The position numbers and the translations under genes were made by a program. Below the pieces are notes generated by a model. It was not told where the DNA came from. It saw only the letters and a list, made by a program, of their open reading frames with translations, and did no database searches. This document shows, in pieces, positions 50,511-64,000 of a stretch of DNA of 64,000 bases. The DNA lies in assembly GCA_030264375.1 (NCBI GenBank), contig JASCQW010000027.1:76141640-76205639 (forward strand), given 5' to 3'. How positions within the stretch are numbered: position 1 is the stretch's first letter; each line of letters begins with the position of its first letter. This stretch comes from Carcharhinus longimanus (lineage: Eukaryota).

Positions 50511-52469
50511 TTTTTTCTACATTAATAATGAGCTGAATTAGCTGCAAAGCACTTGGTTCATCCATGACCTCAGGTATCACAATGTAAGTGAAAATCTTTT
50601 CTTTGTTTCTTTCTAAAGCCTTTGCTGGGAGTTGTACCAGTCTGGGTTGAAAATTTGTTCCTGTTTGAGCTACTTATTGAGACAGAACTGTTTCTCGAGG
50701 CTATGAGAGGATTTACTTAAGGCTCCCTCTGTTGACAGAGTATCCATATTTTCAGCATTGAAAAGGTGTTAATATAAGATTCATGGCATAAAATTTGGTT
50801 TTATAATGCTACTGATGACAGTGCTGTGGAAGCAGATTACCTTCTTAAAAGTACATGCTAACTGTTAGCCATTTCTGATGCACCATCTTGAGGATGGCAC
50901 TTGTGCAGTTGTCCTCTGTGTGTATCGGATGTTTCTGAACAATTCCTATGATGGTATTACACAGCCTTACTGGTTGCTATGATGCCCAAATGCCAAATTC
51001 AGAGCCCAAGCAGGCCATTGGATGAATTTGCTTTGTTACTTACCAAAGATCGCTACTTAAAGAGCCAGATACCTAAATTGTAGGTGAGATAATGTTGAAT
51101 AACTTCTACTACTGTGACATGTCTGGTGTGTTTTTGAAGATGTTATGGTCAATTTTTGCATTTAGAAAAGGAAGATTTTCTGCATCTGCTCAGTGAGAGC
51201 AGAGAAGCAAGTGTCTTCCACACAAAGGCATCAACAGGTATGGGAGCTACAGTTGCAGTGCCTTTGGGCTCACAGGGCAACAAGAAGATGGAGCAAAGGC
51301 TCCAAACAAGGCAAACTGTGCACAGTGCTCTGTGTCAAGTCAGAGTTGCATTCTTCCACATTCCATGACAGTGGACCTCTGTCTGGCAGGTCAGCTAATT
51401 CTGTGAGCAACTGAGTGCATGCCCAACAGCATTTTCCTGTATGCCATTCCCATCAGGGTCTTTACCTAAGTGTCCTGCTGCAGAACTTATCTGCCACCTT
51501 TCCCGCTATAAACTGGCACGAGAACCATTCTTTATCTCTAGTATAGCTGCACCTTACCTGTGTCAGGTGATTTACTACATTCTGAACCAAATTCTTACTA
51601 TCCTTTAAAGTATGCACAGTGTCAGTATCTGAATTAGTGACTGTGAATGTCTGATGTTGCTCTCTGTCTTCCTGGTGGGCTTCTGTGGCTGGAGAGGTGG
51701 CAGGTTATTTTTGGGTGAGAAAAAGCTGAAAATCAGAAAGGAGAAGATTGAGTTGAAGGAAAGGGGATAGGGTGGAAAGTAAGAGCCATAGTGATGTTTG
51801 CCATGCCAGATAGCAGGATAAGAGTGAGCTAGGAGTTGAGAAGACAGAAAAGGTAGGGAAACACTGTAGTTCTGAATATGTTGAACAGCAGTGGACTGGA
51901 TACCATGGGCTTTTGTTGCAGTCAGCCCAATGTGGGGAAAACCATCTCCTATGTAGGGTTTAGGGCATGCAGGAATCCTTTCCCTATTTGTGCCACCTTG
52001 CCCTGCAAGAAAGGAAACTTTGTTTGTGCCTACCATATCTGTGTAACTGGAGGTCTGCAGAGGCAGTGAAAGGTGGCTGTGAGGTTGGCAGCATTGGTAG
52101 ATGTTTAAGGATGAGGTATCTAGATGTTGTGCTCAAGTCTTGAGTGTGAGGATGCTGCTGGGTGAGTGAGAAGGGTGTGGCGCATTGAACAGTATGAGAG
52201 ACTGCTCTTGAATAACAATTCAAAAACCCCCTAAAGCATTTTACAGAGGAGTTGGGGATGTCAGGTAGTGATGAGAGAGTTAGCATAGATGATTAAGCAG
52301 GCCTTTAAATGCAAGTAAGAAAGCATTGAGACAGGAGGCTTCAATGGAGATTCCTAGAAAGTAGAGTTGAAGCAGCTGATGGGATACAATAATGCACAGA
52401 GCTATAGTGGGAAGACTAAATACTATGGAAGTATTTTTTAGGTTAAAAGTAGTAAGTTGGGACAAACGT

Positions 52470-55400
52470 AAAAAATCGGAGCAGGAGTAAGCTCTTCAGT
52501 CAATTGAGTCTGCTCCACCATTCATTATGCTCTTGGCTGATCCTCTATCTCAACACCATACTCTCACACCCTCCCCTAACCCCTGACACATTAAGTGTCT
52601 AGAAATCTATCTATTTCTTTCAGTAACTTGGCATCCAAACCCTTACGTGGGACAAAATTCCATAGGTTCACCGCCCTCNNNNNNNNNNNNNNNNNNNATG
52701 TCTCCTTTCTAAATGGCCTACCTTCTATCCTGAGACTGTGATTCCTTCTTCTATATCTGTCCAGCCCACTCCAAATTTTATACGTTTCAGTGTGATGCCG
52801 TTTCATTCTTCTAAACTCCAGTAAATAATCCTAGTTGACCTAATATCTCCTTATATGACAATCCTGCCATTCCATGAACGAGTTTGGTGAACCTTTTTTC
52901 TGCTCCCTCTCTGGCAAGTATACATTTTATTAGGTAAAGATTCTAAAACTGCATACAATACTTCAGATGCGGTCTCACCAAGGCCCTGTACAACTACAGT
53001 AAGACATCCTTGCTCCTGTACTCAAATCGTCTTGCGCTGTAGACGAACAAACAATTCGCCTTCCTAATTGTTTGCTGTACTTGCATGTTTGCTTTCAGCG
53101 ACTGGTGTACAAGGACACCAAGATACCTTTGTATATCAACATTTCCCAATCTATTACCATTTAAATAATACTCTGCCATTCTATTTTTCCCACTAAATAA
53201 CTTCACATGTTTTACTTCATCTGTCAGTATTAGCCCACTCACTCAACTTGTCTAAATCACCTTGTGGCCTCTTTACTTCCTCCTCACCACTTACCATTCC
53301 TCTTAGTTTAGTGTTGACAGCAAGCTGGGAAATATTACATTGATTTCCTTATCCAAATCATTAATATATATTGTGAATAGCTGGAGCTTAAACATTAATC
53401 CCTATGGCATTGCCCAGTCACCACTTTCCACTCCGAGAAAGATCCATTTATTCCTACTGTTTCCTGTCTGTTAATCAATTCTCAATACATGCTAATATAT
53501 TACTGCCAATTCCATGCACTTTAATTTGCACAGTAATCTCTTATTATTGTTAAAAACTTCTGAAGAACAAAATACACCATATCCAGTAGCCCTTCATTAT
53601 CTGTTCTGCTAGTTATGTCCTCAAAAAACTCTAGTAGATTTGTCAAACATGATTTCCCTTTCATAGACTTGTCTAATCCTATTGATAATTTCTAAATGCC
53701 CTATTATCACATCCTTTATAATATACTCTCTTCTCCCTACTACTGATATTAGGCTAATCAATCTGTAATTCCCTGTTTTCTCCCTCCTTTTTTAAATTTG
53801 CCACTCCTCAGATTGCTGGGACTGTTCCAGAATCTACAGAATTGTGGAAGATGACAGCCAACAAATCTACCACTTCCATGGCCACCTCCTTTATGCTTCC
53901 CTAGCAATTCTGGGAAGTTATTTGTGCCTTCTTCTACGAAGACAGAAATAAAGTAATTGTTTGATTGCTCTGACATTTCCTTGTTCTTCATTATCAATAC
54001 TCCTATTTCGGGGGTAAGGGATTGATGTTTGTCTTCACTAATCTTTCTCTTTATACATACTTATAGAAACTTTTACAAGCCAATAGAAACTTCTACAGTC
54101 CGCTTTTATGTTCCTTGCAAGTTTACTCTCATACACTATTTTTCCCCACTTGATCAATCTCTTGGTCCTCTGTTGCTGAATTCTAAACTGCTCCCAATCC
54201 CCAGGCTTGCTGTTTTTTCTAGCAACTCTATATGACCCCATTTGGATCAAATACTATCCTTAGTTTATTTTGTTAGCCATGGTCGTGCTCCTCTTTTTAT
54301 TTTGTTGTGACTTTGCACCAGAAAGGAATGTACAACTGTTATAATGCATGCATTTTGATTTGATTTATTATTGTCACATGTATTAGTATACAGTGAAAGT
54401 TATTGTTTCTTGCGCACTACACAGACAAAGCATACTGTACATAGAGAAGGAAAGGAGAGGGCACAGAATGTAATGTTACATCATAGCTAGGGTGAAGAGA
54501 AAGATCAAACTTGTTCCTTAAATATTAGCCATAGCATGTCCACTGTCATGCCTTTCAATGAAGTTACTCATTCTATCGCAACGAATTCAGCCTCATACCT
54601 TTTTGTTTCCTTCGTTTAANNNNNNNNNNNNNNNNNNNNNNNNNNNNNNNNNNNNNNNNNNNNNNNNNNNNNNNNNNNNNNNNNNNNNNNNNNNNNNNNN
54701 NNNNNNNNNNNNNNNNNNNNNNTTATTAATTAACCTCTTCTCATTGTACAATATCAAATCTTGGATTGCTTGTTCCCTACTTAGTTCCTCAACAAACTGG
54801 TCCAAAACTGGTACACATTCCAGTATTATTGCTATTGTGGTTTGCCTGGTCTATATGTAGACTAAAGTTACCTATGATTACTGCAGCACCCTTATATACC
54901 TCTCTAATTTCCTGTTTAATGCCCTAGTCCCCTACCTTACCACCACTGTTTGGAGGCCCATAGACAACTTCCACTAATGTTTTCCGCCCCTTATTACTTC
55001 TTAACAACTGATTCTGCATCTACATGTTCTGAGCCAATATCCTTCCTCACTACTGTACTGATTTCACCTATTAACAATGTCACCCCGCCTCATTTTCCTT
55101 TTTGCCTGTCTTCCCTAAATATTGAATATTCTTGGATATTTATTTCCAGCCTTGGAAACTCACCATTTATTCCTTCAGAAGTCAATCTTATAGTACCCAT
55201 CCTACTACCTATGCTATTAATTCATCTACCTTTTGACAAGTGTTCTGTGCATTTAGATACACCACCTTTAGATTTTTCTTCTTATTTTGTACTATGGTCC
55301 TGTTTGCTAATAACCCTAATATCCTCTGTCTTTCACTTTTGTATTTCACTTTTGTCTTCCACTTTTATATCTTTGTTTCCCGCTCTTATGTCTTACTCAA

Positions 55401-56340
55401 GTTCCCATTCCCCTGCTACTCTAGTTGAAACCTTTACCTCATAATATTGACAAATGCCCCTGCAAGAATATTGGCTCTGATCCTCTGGGGGCGGGGGGCC
55501 ACCTGTCCAGTTTGTACATGTCCAATCTCCCCCAGAATTGCTCCAAATTCCTCTAAAATTTAAATACTTCCTACCTACACCATCTTTCCAGCCACACACT
55601 CATCCAGTCTGTTCTCCAATTCATGATGCTGTTAGTGTGTAGTACTAAGATTGTGACCTTTGAGGTCCTACATTTTAATTTATTTTCTATCCCCCTTACC
55701 CTGCATGCAGGACCTCATGCCTCTTTTTACCCGCGTTGCTGGTACAGACATGGACCACAACCTTTGGCTGTTCACCCTCTCCCTTCAGAATGTTTTGCAG
55801 CCACTCAATGACACCCTTGACCCTCACACCAGGACATCATCCTGACGTCATGTCTGCAGCCCAGAAACATTGATCTGTTCCCTTTATGATAGAATCTCCT
55901 ATCACTTTGGCTTTCCCACTGTTTTTTCACTGCCCATATGCAGCTGAGTCATTTGCGGTGCCACAGACTTGGCTTTTGCTGCATTCCCCTGAGCGACCAT
56001 ATCCCCCAGCAGTTTCCAAAGTGGAAGATCTGTTAGAGAGGGGAATCCAAAGAGCCCCTGCAGTACCTGCCTGGTGCTTTTACTCTGGCGGTCACCCATT
56101 CCCTTTCTACATGTACACTCTTTACCTGTGATATGACCACCTCACTGTATGCACTTTCCACGAAGATCTCAGCCTTGTGGATGATCAGTGATTCCGGCTG
56201 CTGCTCCAGGTCCAAAACGTGGATTTCAAGTAGCTGTAGACTGCACACACAGTCACCCTGGACATTGGAAGTGTTCTTGATTTCCCATATAGCACAGGAG
56301 GAGCATTCCATTTGGTCGAGTTGCCCTGCCATGGCTTAAA
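52470..56340 (-). mobile_element. Near full-length degenerate CR1 LINE (ORF1 + internally deleted ORF2 + 3' UTR)
   Basis: ORF1 start MAGQLDQMECSSCAIWE...LQLLEIHVLDLEQQ (56332); esterase region; endonuclease remnant DQFVEELSREQAIQDLIL; RT/C-terminal QRYLGVLVHQSLK...FEYRSKDVLL; tail near 52480. A short unrelated LINE tail is inserted at ~54355-54510. Confidence 0.88.
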
Positions 56341-57068
56341 TTATTCCCTTTCCATTTACGTCTTCTGGTTTAAAAGAGTATCAGATTTTCTGGGGATCTT
56401 ACCTTCTTAGACATTATGTAATCCAAACAAAGGACCGATTTTTACTTTAAGGACTGTAGAGTAGAAATATTCAACCAGTCCTACTCACCAAGGCTGCTGT
56501 TCCTCTACGCTGGCTTCCACTCCCATTTATGTTTGCCCCGTGATTCACTCTTGGATGAATTCAAAAATGCCATTCTCATAGAAACATGGAAAATAGGGGA
56601 GGCCATTCAGAATTTCGAGCCTGCTCTATTAATCAACATGATCATCTCAGTTCCCTTATCTCAAATCTGCACTCCAATGCTCTCCCCATACCCCTTGACA
56701 TCTTTGATGTCTAAGCTCTTGTGCAGTTTTTTTAAATCAACCTACTTCTCTAGGTTCTACTATTAGGTGCTAGTGACTCCATGACTTGGAGTCATTCTCT
56801 TGCACTCTCCATAGGACAAAGAAGTAGAGTAATTTGAAGGTGAGTATGGTGGATGATGGGCAAGTCTGACACTTTGTGGAATCAGTGAGTTACTGAATTA
56901 TGATTAAAGATTTCTACAGCAGTGGGACTGAAATGGAGATGGGCAGGGATGGACAATAATGTGGAAGTAGAAGCAAGCAATGATGAGATAACATGTAAAT
57001 GTGACATTTTTGTGATACAACATTAACAGAATTTACAGGCTTCAAACCTGTGTGAAGTGTCATACCTT

Positions 57069-57090
57069 TATATATATATATATATATATA
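57069..57090. repeat. (TA)n microsatellite
   Basis: tatatatatatatatatatata. Confidence 0.95.
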
Positions 57091-57639
57091 GATCTGTTCA
57101 ATATATTCCCATATTAATACATTATATAGTCAACACTACTGTGCAAATGAGCTTTATGCAGCTATGGCCAGGTCTTGGTGGTATCACTACTGAACAACAG
57201 CCTGCATCGTATTAGATTTTTCAGGCAACACCCACTTGGTTAATCTTTCGACTATAACTACTGGCCAAGAAAAATATTTTACATTATTTACCTTGTCAAT
57301 GTTATCTGAGTTTTGAATTTAAACTGGTTTATGATTTTTCTAAACATTATGTTGCTAATTTGATATCTAATTTTATGATTCATATGTTGTAGGAGTATAA
57401 CTTTTACTTTGGAAATTTTAAAAAATGTGTTTCAATGAAAAAACCTGGGGCAGAATTTTCCTGTCCTGCCCGTGACAGGAAAGGTAGCAGGCAGGACGGG
57501 AAAGGTCCGTTGACCTTTGGTGGGAATTTCTGGCCTTGGGTTGAGCACAGCCAGGAATTCCCGCTCCTGATTTGAGAAGCTGGTAAACAAACCTAAACTA
57601 ATTGCAAATCAAAGGGTGGCCTATGTTTACTTAATAAGG

Positions 57640-59070
57640 TCAAAGTTGGAAGTGGGAAAAAAAGAGGCTGGATCTGACAGGATGTAACTAGTGGTGTACC
57701 ACAAGGATCTCTGTTGGGCTTCAATTGTTCACATAATTTACTAACGACTTGGATAATGACATAGAAAGTCACATATCTAAATTTGCTGATGTCACAAAGT
57801 TAGGCATTGCACACAGTATGGATGATAGCACAAAATTATAAAGGGATATTGATAGACTAGGTAAATGGGCATGATTGTGGCAAATAGACTTCAATCTAAG
57901 CAAGTGTGAGGATATTAATTTTGGACTGAAAAAGGAAAGATCAGAGTACTTTCTAGATGGTATGAAGTTAAATACAGTTAATGCCTAAAGATACTTGGGG
58001 GTTCAGGTGCACAGACCTTTAAAATACTACGAAATAGTGCAGAGAATAATCAAGAAGACTAATGGAATGCTGGCCTTTATATCTAGAGGACTGGAGTATA
58101 AGGGCACAGAAGATATGCTGCAGCTATATAAAACCCTGGTTAGACTCCACTTGGAATACTGTGAGCAAATCCCAGCACAACATCTGAGGAAAGATACATT
58201 GGCCTTGGAAGGAGTGCAGCATAAGTTTACAAGAACGATACTTGGACTTTGAGCCTTTAATTATGAGGCTAGATTATACAAATCAGATCTGTTTTATCTA
58301 GAATTTAGAAGATAAAGGGGTGATCAGATTGAAGTCTTCAAGGTATTAACAGGAAAAGACAGGGTAAATAAAGATAAACTGTTTCCATTTGATGGAGATT
58401 CCAGAACTGAGGGCAGAGTCCAACTTAGGGCCAGATCATTGAGGAGAGATGTTAGAAAGCACTTCTACACACAGAGGGTGGTAGTGGTTTGGAACTCTCT
58501 TCCACAAATGTCAGATGATGCTAGATCAGTTGCTATCTTTAAATCTGAGATAGATAAATTTTTGTTAAGCAAAGGTATTAAAGGATATGAGCCAAAGGCT
58601 GGTATATGAAGTTAGGCCACAGATCAGCCAAGATCTCATTAAATGGCAGAACAGACTCAAGGGACTCAATGGTCTACTCCTGTTCCAATGTTGTTTATCT
58701 TCGAGCAGAGAACTCTGAGGGGGAACCTCATTGAGGTGAGCAAAATTATGAGGGACACAGGCTAGATAGGAAGAAGGTTTTTTTTAGTACGGGGTCAATA
58801 AGTGGGGGACATAGAGTTAAGATAAGGAGCAGGAAATTTAGGTGGGATTTGAGGAAAAACCTTTTCACACAGAAGGTAGTTGGAGTCTGGAACTCACTGC
58901 CCGAAAAGTTGGTAAAGGTGAGAACTCTCCCAACATTTAAGAAAAATTGAGATGAGCATTTGAAACACCATGGTATACAAGGCTACAGATTAAGTGCTGG
59001 AGAATAGGTAGGCATTTGAGGGCCAGCACAGATACAATGGGCCAAATGGTCTCTTTCTTTACTGTGAAAC
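57640..59070 (+). mobile_element. Two head-to-tail 5'-truncated CR1 copies
   Basis: VTSGVPQGS, NDLD, SKFADVTKL, NGMLAFISRGLEYK...LYKTLVRLHLEYC, with a tail at ~58690; a second 3' end spans 58700-59070. Confidence 0.88.
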
Positions 59071-60029
59071 TATAAAACTTGAAGGTCTCTTGAGCGACAA
59101 AGAATGAAATAATTCCATATGCAGATGGCTGGATAACAGAAATTGTTATACATTCAGTAATACATAGCTCCTTAGCTCATGCACGTACACCAGTAGCACA
59201 ATATATACTTGGATTCAGAATATATATAGCTAAAAGCATAATGTAAGCAAAGGGGATTTTTTTAGCCTTATCTAATGTGATGAAAATGCTTATAGGAAAT
59301 TAGGACAGGGCAATTGAAAGATATTTACACTCGATTCCTGCCTGTCAATATGTAATCTCCAGTGACTCGATGGGCAAAATAGCTTCCTGCTGCATTGTAG
59401 GGGTTCAATGTCTGAAGCTTTAACACTAGAATTTTCAATTGTCTACTCCAGGCCAGCCATTTATTGTTCAGACTTAAGTAATTTCATTAAAAAAAATTCT
59501 AATAACTTGCATAATCACCTTTGTCTGCTTTCTAACCACAAAGGAGTGAAAATCTTGGTGTGTAATAGAATACTTTTATTTTTGATACAATGTTATATCT
59601 ACTATCAAGCACACAGTATCTTTAATAAACAGAAGATGATCTAAGAGCAAATCACTGTGATTACTGGAAATTTGAAATTAAAGAAATTAAATTTTGGAAA
59701 CATCAGCAGGCCTGGTAGCAGTCGTGGAGAGAGGAACAGAGATGAAGGGTCATCACTCAAGAAATGTTAACTTTGTTTCCTTCTCCATAAGTACTGCTAG
59801 ACATGATCAGTATTCCCAGCATTTTCTGTTTTTACTGAAAATAATTTAGTATCACAAGATATAAGTATTTTTGGATCCACANNNNNNNNNNNNNNNNNNN
59901 NNNNNNNNNNNNNNNNNNNNNNNNNNNNNNNNNNNNNNNNNNNNNNNNNNNNNNNNNNNNNNNNNNNNNNNNNNNNNNNNNAACAATGACTTTCTCCATT
60001 CTGTAAGTATGTGTACTGGTTGCTTTTAG

Positions 60030-60271
60030 GAGACTGAAAGCTTGTTGCATAGACTTGACAGAGAGATACAGAAAGAATTTGACGATAGTGCAGAGAAGCG
60101 AAAAGACAGTATGGAACCAGCAGAAGAGGTTGAAGTTTGTTTAACTGACACTGATGTACAAGAGGCTACTGCTTGTGCAGAACTGCTAGCGAAGCAGCAT
60201 GTGGAACTTGTTCATCCTAATGATATTCTCAAAACTTTAAAACTTTTCCTTGAAGGCAACCAGGAATCAAG
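60030..60271 (+). CDS. DRC1: DRC1 exon 14
   Basis: ETESLLHRLDREIQKEF...VELVHPNDILKTLKLFLEGNQES(R), cf. human VIHPNDVLKILEAF; ttttAG / GTGTGT. Confidence 0.88.
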
Positions 60272-61369
60272 GTGTGTAATTTTTTTGAAGCCTTTGCAAC
60301 TCATAACTTTATCCAATTCTTTGTTCCTAAAGATACTTTCCCACTTTTTCTACACTCGTGCCTTCTGGCAGCAGTAACCTATATTGGGCTTCAGTTTCAT
60401 GGACTTTGGCAGCCCTTTGAAACTTTATTCAACTGTCCATTCTTTCTTTATTATCCAATATGGTAGTAGTGGGGGAGCAAAGATAGCCGTAGCCAAGACC
60501 AGTGCAGTTTTCACATTCACATGGACTTTTCGGATTGACTCACAACACAGTGATGAGGAGTCAAACACTTATACCCTTTGTGCTACTACTGCTGCTCGAA
60601 TTAAGGTCACTTAACATCATAGCCTGTATGGCTTTCTACTGCAGTAATATATCATTCGCCTAGATAAGCTACAAAGGGTTGTATTTTTAAAAATGGTGAT
60701 CACATTAACTTTCAATAATGTTGTCTGATGACACCAATTTGAGGAGAGAATTAAGCCTTGGTTAATTTCTACTTGCTATTTGAAAGCTAGTGGCCAGGAA
60801 TGTCACTTATTTCTGTGAGATCAGTATTGGAAAAAAGTAAAGTATATAAAGACAATGCCAATAGAAGCCAAAAGAAGAGATGTGAGCTAACAAAAAATCA
60901 GAACAAATGCTCAGAAGCATCGCTGCAGCTTAATTTGTGAAGAAATAAGACAAATAGGATGCAATATATTTGTATTTTATTGTGAGCTTTATGAAGTAAT
61001 TTGCAGCAAAATTTGGATACATGTTAAGTTTGAATAGCCAAAAATTTTGACCATTTCAACATATTTTGCCATGCAGCATAAATAACAGTCCCTCTTCCTG
61101 AATGTTCTTACCATGCTAGAAGCAATTATAACAATCTGAAAGAATTAAAGCAAAAAGAAAATCATAATGTGGGGAAGAATACTGAAAATGTGTTGTTTCA
61201 AAAAAGCTGCAAGAACCATCAGTTGGCGCTTGTAAGGGGAAGGCCCTTAAGATCGTAGGAATATGAACAGGACTAGGTCTTTCGGCCCAGCAAGCTGCAA
61301 GAACATCAAGCCTCTTGGACAATTGCAAGGGCTAAGACTCCTTCTGGATCCTCATACTTGCCTTTCTTA

Positions 61370-61616
61370 CAGTCACAGCCTTCAGTCCTTGACCACAGAT
61401 TAAATATGAAGCATCTTGCTTCAGGGGTGTGACTGCCTCCTGGAACAAGTTGTTCAGGTAACTTCCCAAACCTGATGCATTGCAGTGTCCGAAGCGCAGA
61501 CTCCAGCTCATTAATTTTGAGCCAATGCTCCTTGAGCTGCAGACTGAGTAAATGATCACACAAGTGTCCACTAGCACCCACGTGGTACAGCTGCAACACG
61601 TCACCTGCCCTGCCAT
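61370..61616 (-). mobile_element. CR1 ORF1 5' fragment
   Basis: MAGQVTCCSCTTW... / LQLKEHWLKINELESALRTLQCIR, the same ORF1 zf-leucine zipper as at 56033-56332. Confidence 0.7.
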
Positions 61617-62265
61617 TTTTGTTTTACTCTCCGAAGTTTCATATGAATTAGTTTTAAAATGCTAATATTTTAAATCCTTTTATAAGCATTTTTGTTTGTC
61701 TTTTCTGTAAGCACTTTTCTCAAATTCATATGATCTAGTCACAGTTTCCAATAGAGCCTTTGATCTAATGTTTCTCTTCCCTACTCTTATATACATTTAT
61801 TCTGTTTCCAAATATTAATCTCACACAAACATTGTACACAAGATATTCCTGGTCACTAAAAAGGAAATAAACAAAGCATTTTTTTCCCCTAAAATTGGTA
61901 TATCAACCAATGGCATTGAAAGTTAATACAGTGTCCAATTCTCTCACTTATAGCCATTCATAAATAATCATTTTTTTCTGATTACTGTGTATTGTTATTA
62001 AGGGAAAATTTCAGACTTGGTTTTATATTTTCTGGAGTACCATCATCATTTTAATAAGAACAAGCTAATTTTGATTAGTTTTAAATGTTTTTCCTAAGCA
62101 TGTCAGAATAATCAGAAAAAAAGCAATCATTTTGCAAACTGCAAAATATCATGTCAGTTCTTTTTTGTCAGTAATTATGCAATTTGATCATGACCAATGG
62201 TAAAAGACATGAACACAATATAGCATAATTTCCCAACAAGACTTTATTAGGTTTGTTTTCTCCAG

Positions 62266-62409
62266 GACAAAATCACGGCCTAAAGTGGCTATTGTGAAAG
62301 AGAGGGATAGCTCTGAGGATAGTGTTTATTGGAACACCATGGCAAATATCATACCGGAACACAAATTGAAGATTTGGAATTGTTTAGAAGGTGCACTGGA
62401 AAAATATTA
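62266..62409 (+). CDS. DRC1: DRC1 exon 15 (gene continues past window end)
   Basis: TKSRPKVAIVKERDSSEDSVYWNTMANIIPEHKLKIWNCLEGALEKY, cf. human RDNSKDSEYWQALTTVIP...LWDALYTALEKY; ccAG / GTAAGT. Confidence 0.93.
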
Positions 62410-63903
62410 GTAAGTATGTCACATGCTGAATGGTAATTTTGTTCTGTATCCATGTTGCTGTTTATGTATGCAACCTGATAGGGCTTAGATCAGTTGGCAA
62501 GATGTGATAATGGTGTGAGAGCAGTGTAACAGAAATTAGGCACCTTTCTCTAGTTTTGGCTTGGTTGTTTCTCTAAGGCCAGCCACAAATTTAAGCAGCT
62601 CAAATCCATCTGCTGTTTAGATTCCCATTCCAATCTTATTTAATTCAATGCTGAAAATTTTACCTGTTATGGACTAGAAAGAAAAATAACTCGAATGCTG
62701 TGTGGTTGAGGATTAGTTTCCACATGACCAACAGTTCCATTTTATATTTAAGTGATGGGATATTCAGAATTGAGGAAGTCTTGACAATTCCTCTGGGATG
62801 CAAAAGGCTGATTATCTGATGAATGTGAGAAGCCAATTGGAAACTTCTGAAAGAGAAAAATCCAATTTGAATTTATGATAATGTCTTGATTAACATGACT
62901 CCAAAAATGGTGAGAACTTCAAGAAAAAGGAGAATGTATATCAAAACGCCAGCCAGATAGACCAACTTGTTCATCCAGTCATTTGCACAAGTCTGAGTTT
63001 AGTTCTTGGAATTCATTTATTATTTGCCACTCCTGAGCAAGGTGAAAGGATGTCTGTTGTAAGTATTGAACTACATTGTAGACTTTATTGATTTGGGTGT
63101 TCATTTTTTAAATCAATAAATTCTCTAACATTTGATTATCCATGATTTGTGAAGATGAAACAAGAGTTTCAGGAGGGATAGACTAAGTTCAACAGCTGAA
63201 AGAAATTATCGGATAGTTTGCTGCTTGTTTCTCATGCATGCTACCAAATGATTATTTAGATTTCAAAATAAGGATAAATATTCCTGGAGTTCTGCTGAGC
63301 TGCGATGCACCTAAGTATGATCTAAGACAAGGGAGCTAAAATAATTGAATATAAAAGTAAGCAAAAGTCCACAAATGTAGCCAGCAGTATTGACTGTTCA
63401 TAAGAGTTCTTAAGTGCTATAGTGTTGTTGACTCTGTTATAGTTTCATAATGAGACAGAATTTACAACTAAAAACAAATTATATATCAGTGTTGCTCAAC
63501 TGAATATTTTATTTCCTTACATTAAGAAAGAAATTATCTAATGTGGCATCTTAACATATCTTAAAGACTCCCAAACCCTTTCATAGTTAATGAAGTACCT
63601 TTGAAGTGTCACTGTTATTGTGTAGACAAATGTAACAGTTGATTTATGCAAGGAAATTTTCTGCAAATGAGAAATGAAATAAATAACCACTGAAATTCTT
63701 TTGATATTATTGGCTGCGTTCAAAAATTTGCCTAGGATACCACATTGAAGACGTCAACGTATTCTTTTATGTTCACCGAATATGCAGAAAGGACCTGTTA
63801 ACTTCTCTCATAAAGTGACTCATGGAAGTACCAACCTAAGTACTGTGTGGCAGCATTCTGCTTGATGTGTTATCCTTTCCCTAATAAGCTTTTTTATAGA
63901 GGA

Positions 63904-64000
63904 TTCGCTTCTCGGCCTCTTGGCTAAGATCAAGTGTAGTATGGACATGCTGCACTTGGTTGAAGTCATTAGGTTACATTTCAGCTTCATTTGAAGCAAT
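63904..64000 (+). mobile_element. U2 snRNA-headed short retroposon candidate, copy 2 (cut by window end)
   Basis: tcgcttctcggcctcttggctaagatcaagtgtagtat = U2 nt 2-39 with one mismatch. The rest aligns without gaps to copy 1 (14 differences in 98 nt by manual count). Confidence 0.75.

Noticed and set aside
50900-51560. Possible further Harbinger transposase remnant
   Set aside because: Only a faint motif resemblance; cannot be supported without a profile search.
63904-63942. Functional U2 snRNA gene (also at 23683)
   Set aside because: Similarity stops at nt ~39-40 of a ~190-nt RNA. There is no Sm site or 3' stem-loops and no evident PSE.

Overview
Vertebrate genomic DNA, AT-rich with many N gaps. 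The repeat content (HE1/V-SINE, SacSINE1/Deu-like SINE, CR1, L2 and Penelope-type families) points to a cartilaginous fish, most likely a shark. Two + strand genes are present in the same order as human 2p23.3. The first is the 3' end of SELENOI (EPT1): its last two coding exons, an in-frame UGA selenocysteine codon at 1464-1466, a SECIS at about 2323-2386 and a long repeat-poor 3' UTR. The second is DRC1 (CCDC164): coding exons 1-15 splice in one continuous frame from 13538 to 62409, and the gene continues beyond the window. The DRC1 CpG-island promoter carries four phased RFX X-boxes. Introns hold CR1, L2, SINE, Penelope-like (degenerate hammerhead), Harbinger, pogo-like MITE and Gypsy remnants, often nested. 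The most unusual observation is two dispersed copies (23683-24102 and 63904-64000) of a short element whose head is the first ~39 nt of U2 snRNA, fused to the same non-U2 body. The more complete copy also has an internal second U2 fragment, a 3' hairpin and an AATAAA/poly(A) tail, making it a candidate snRNA-headed SINE or Keno/Utopia-related family. Family and gene calls rest on recognition from memory; no database search was run.
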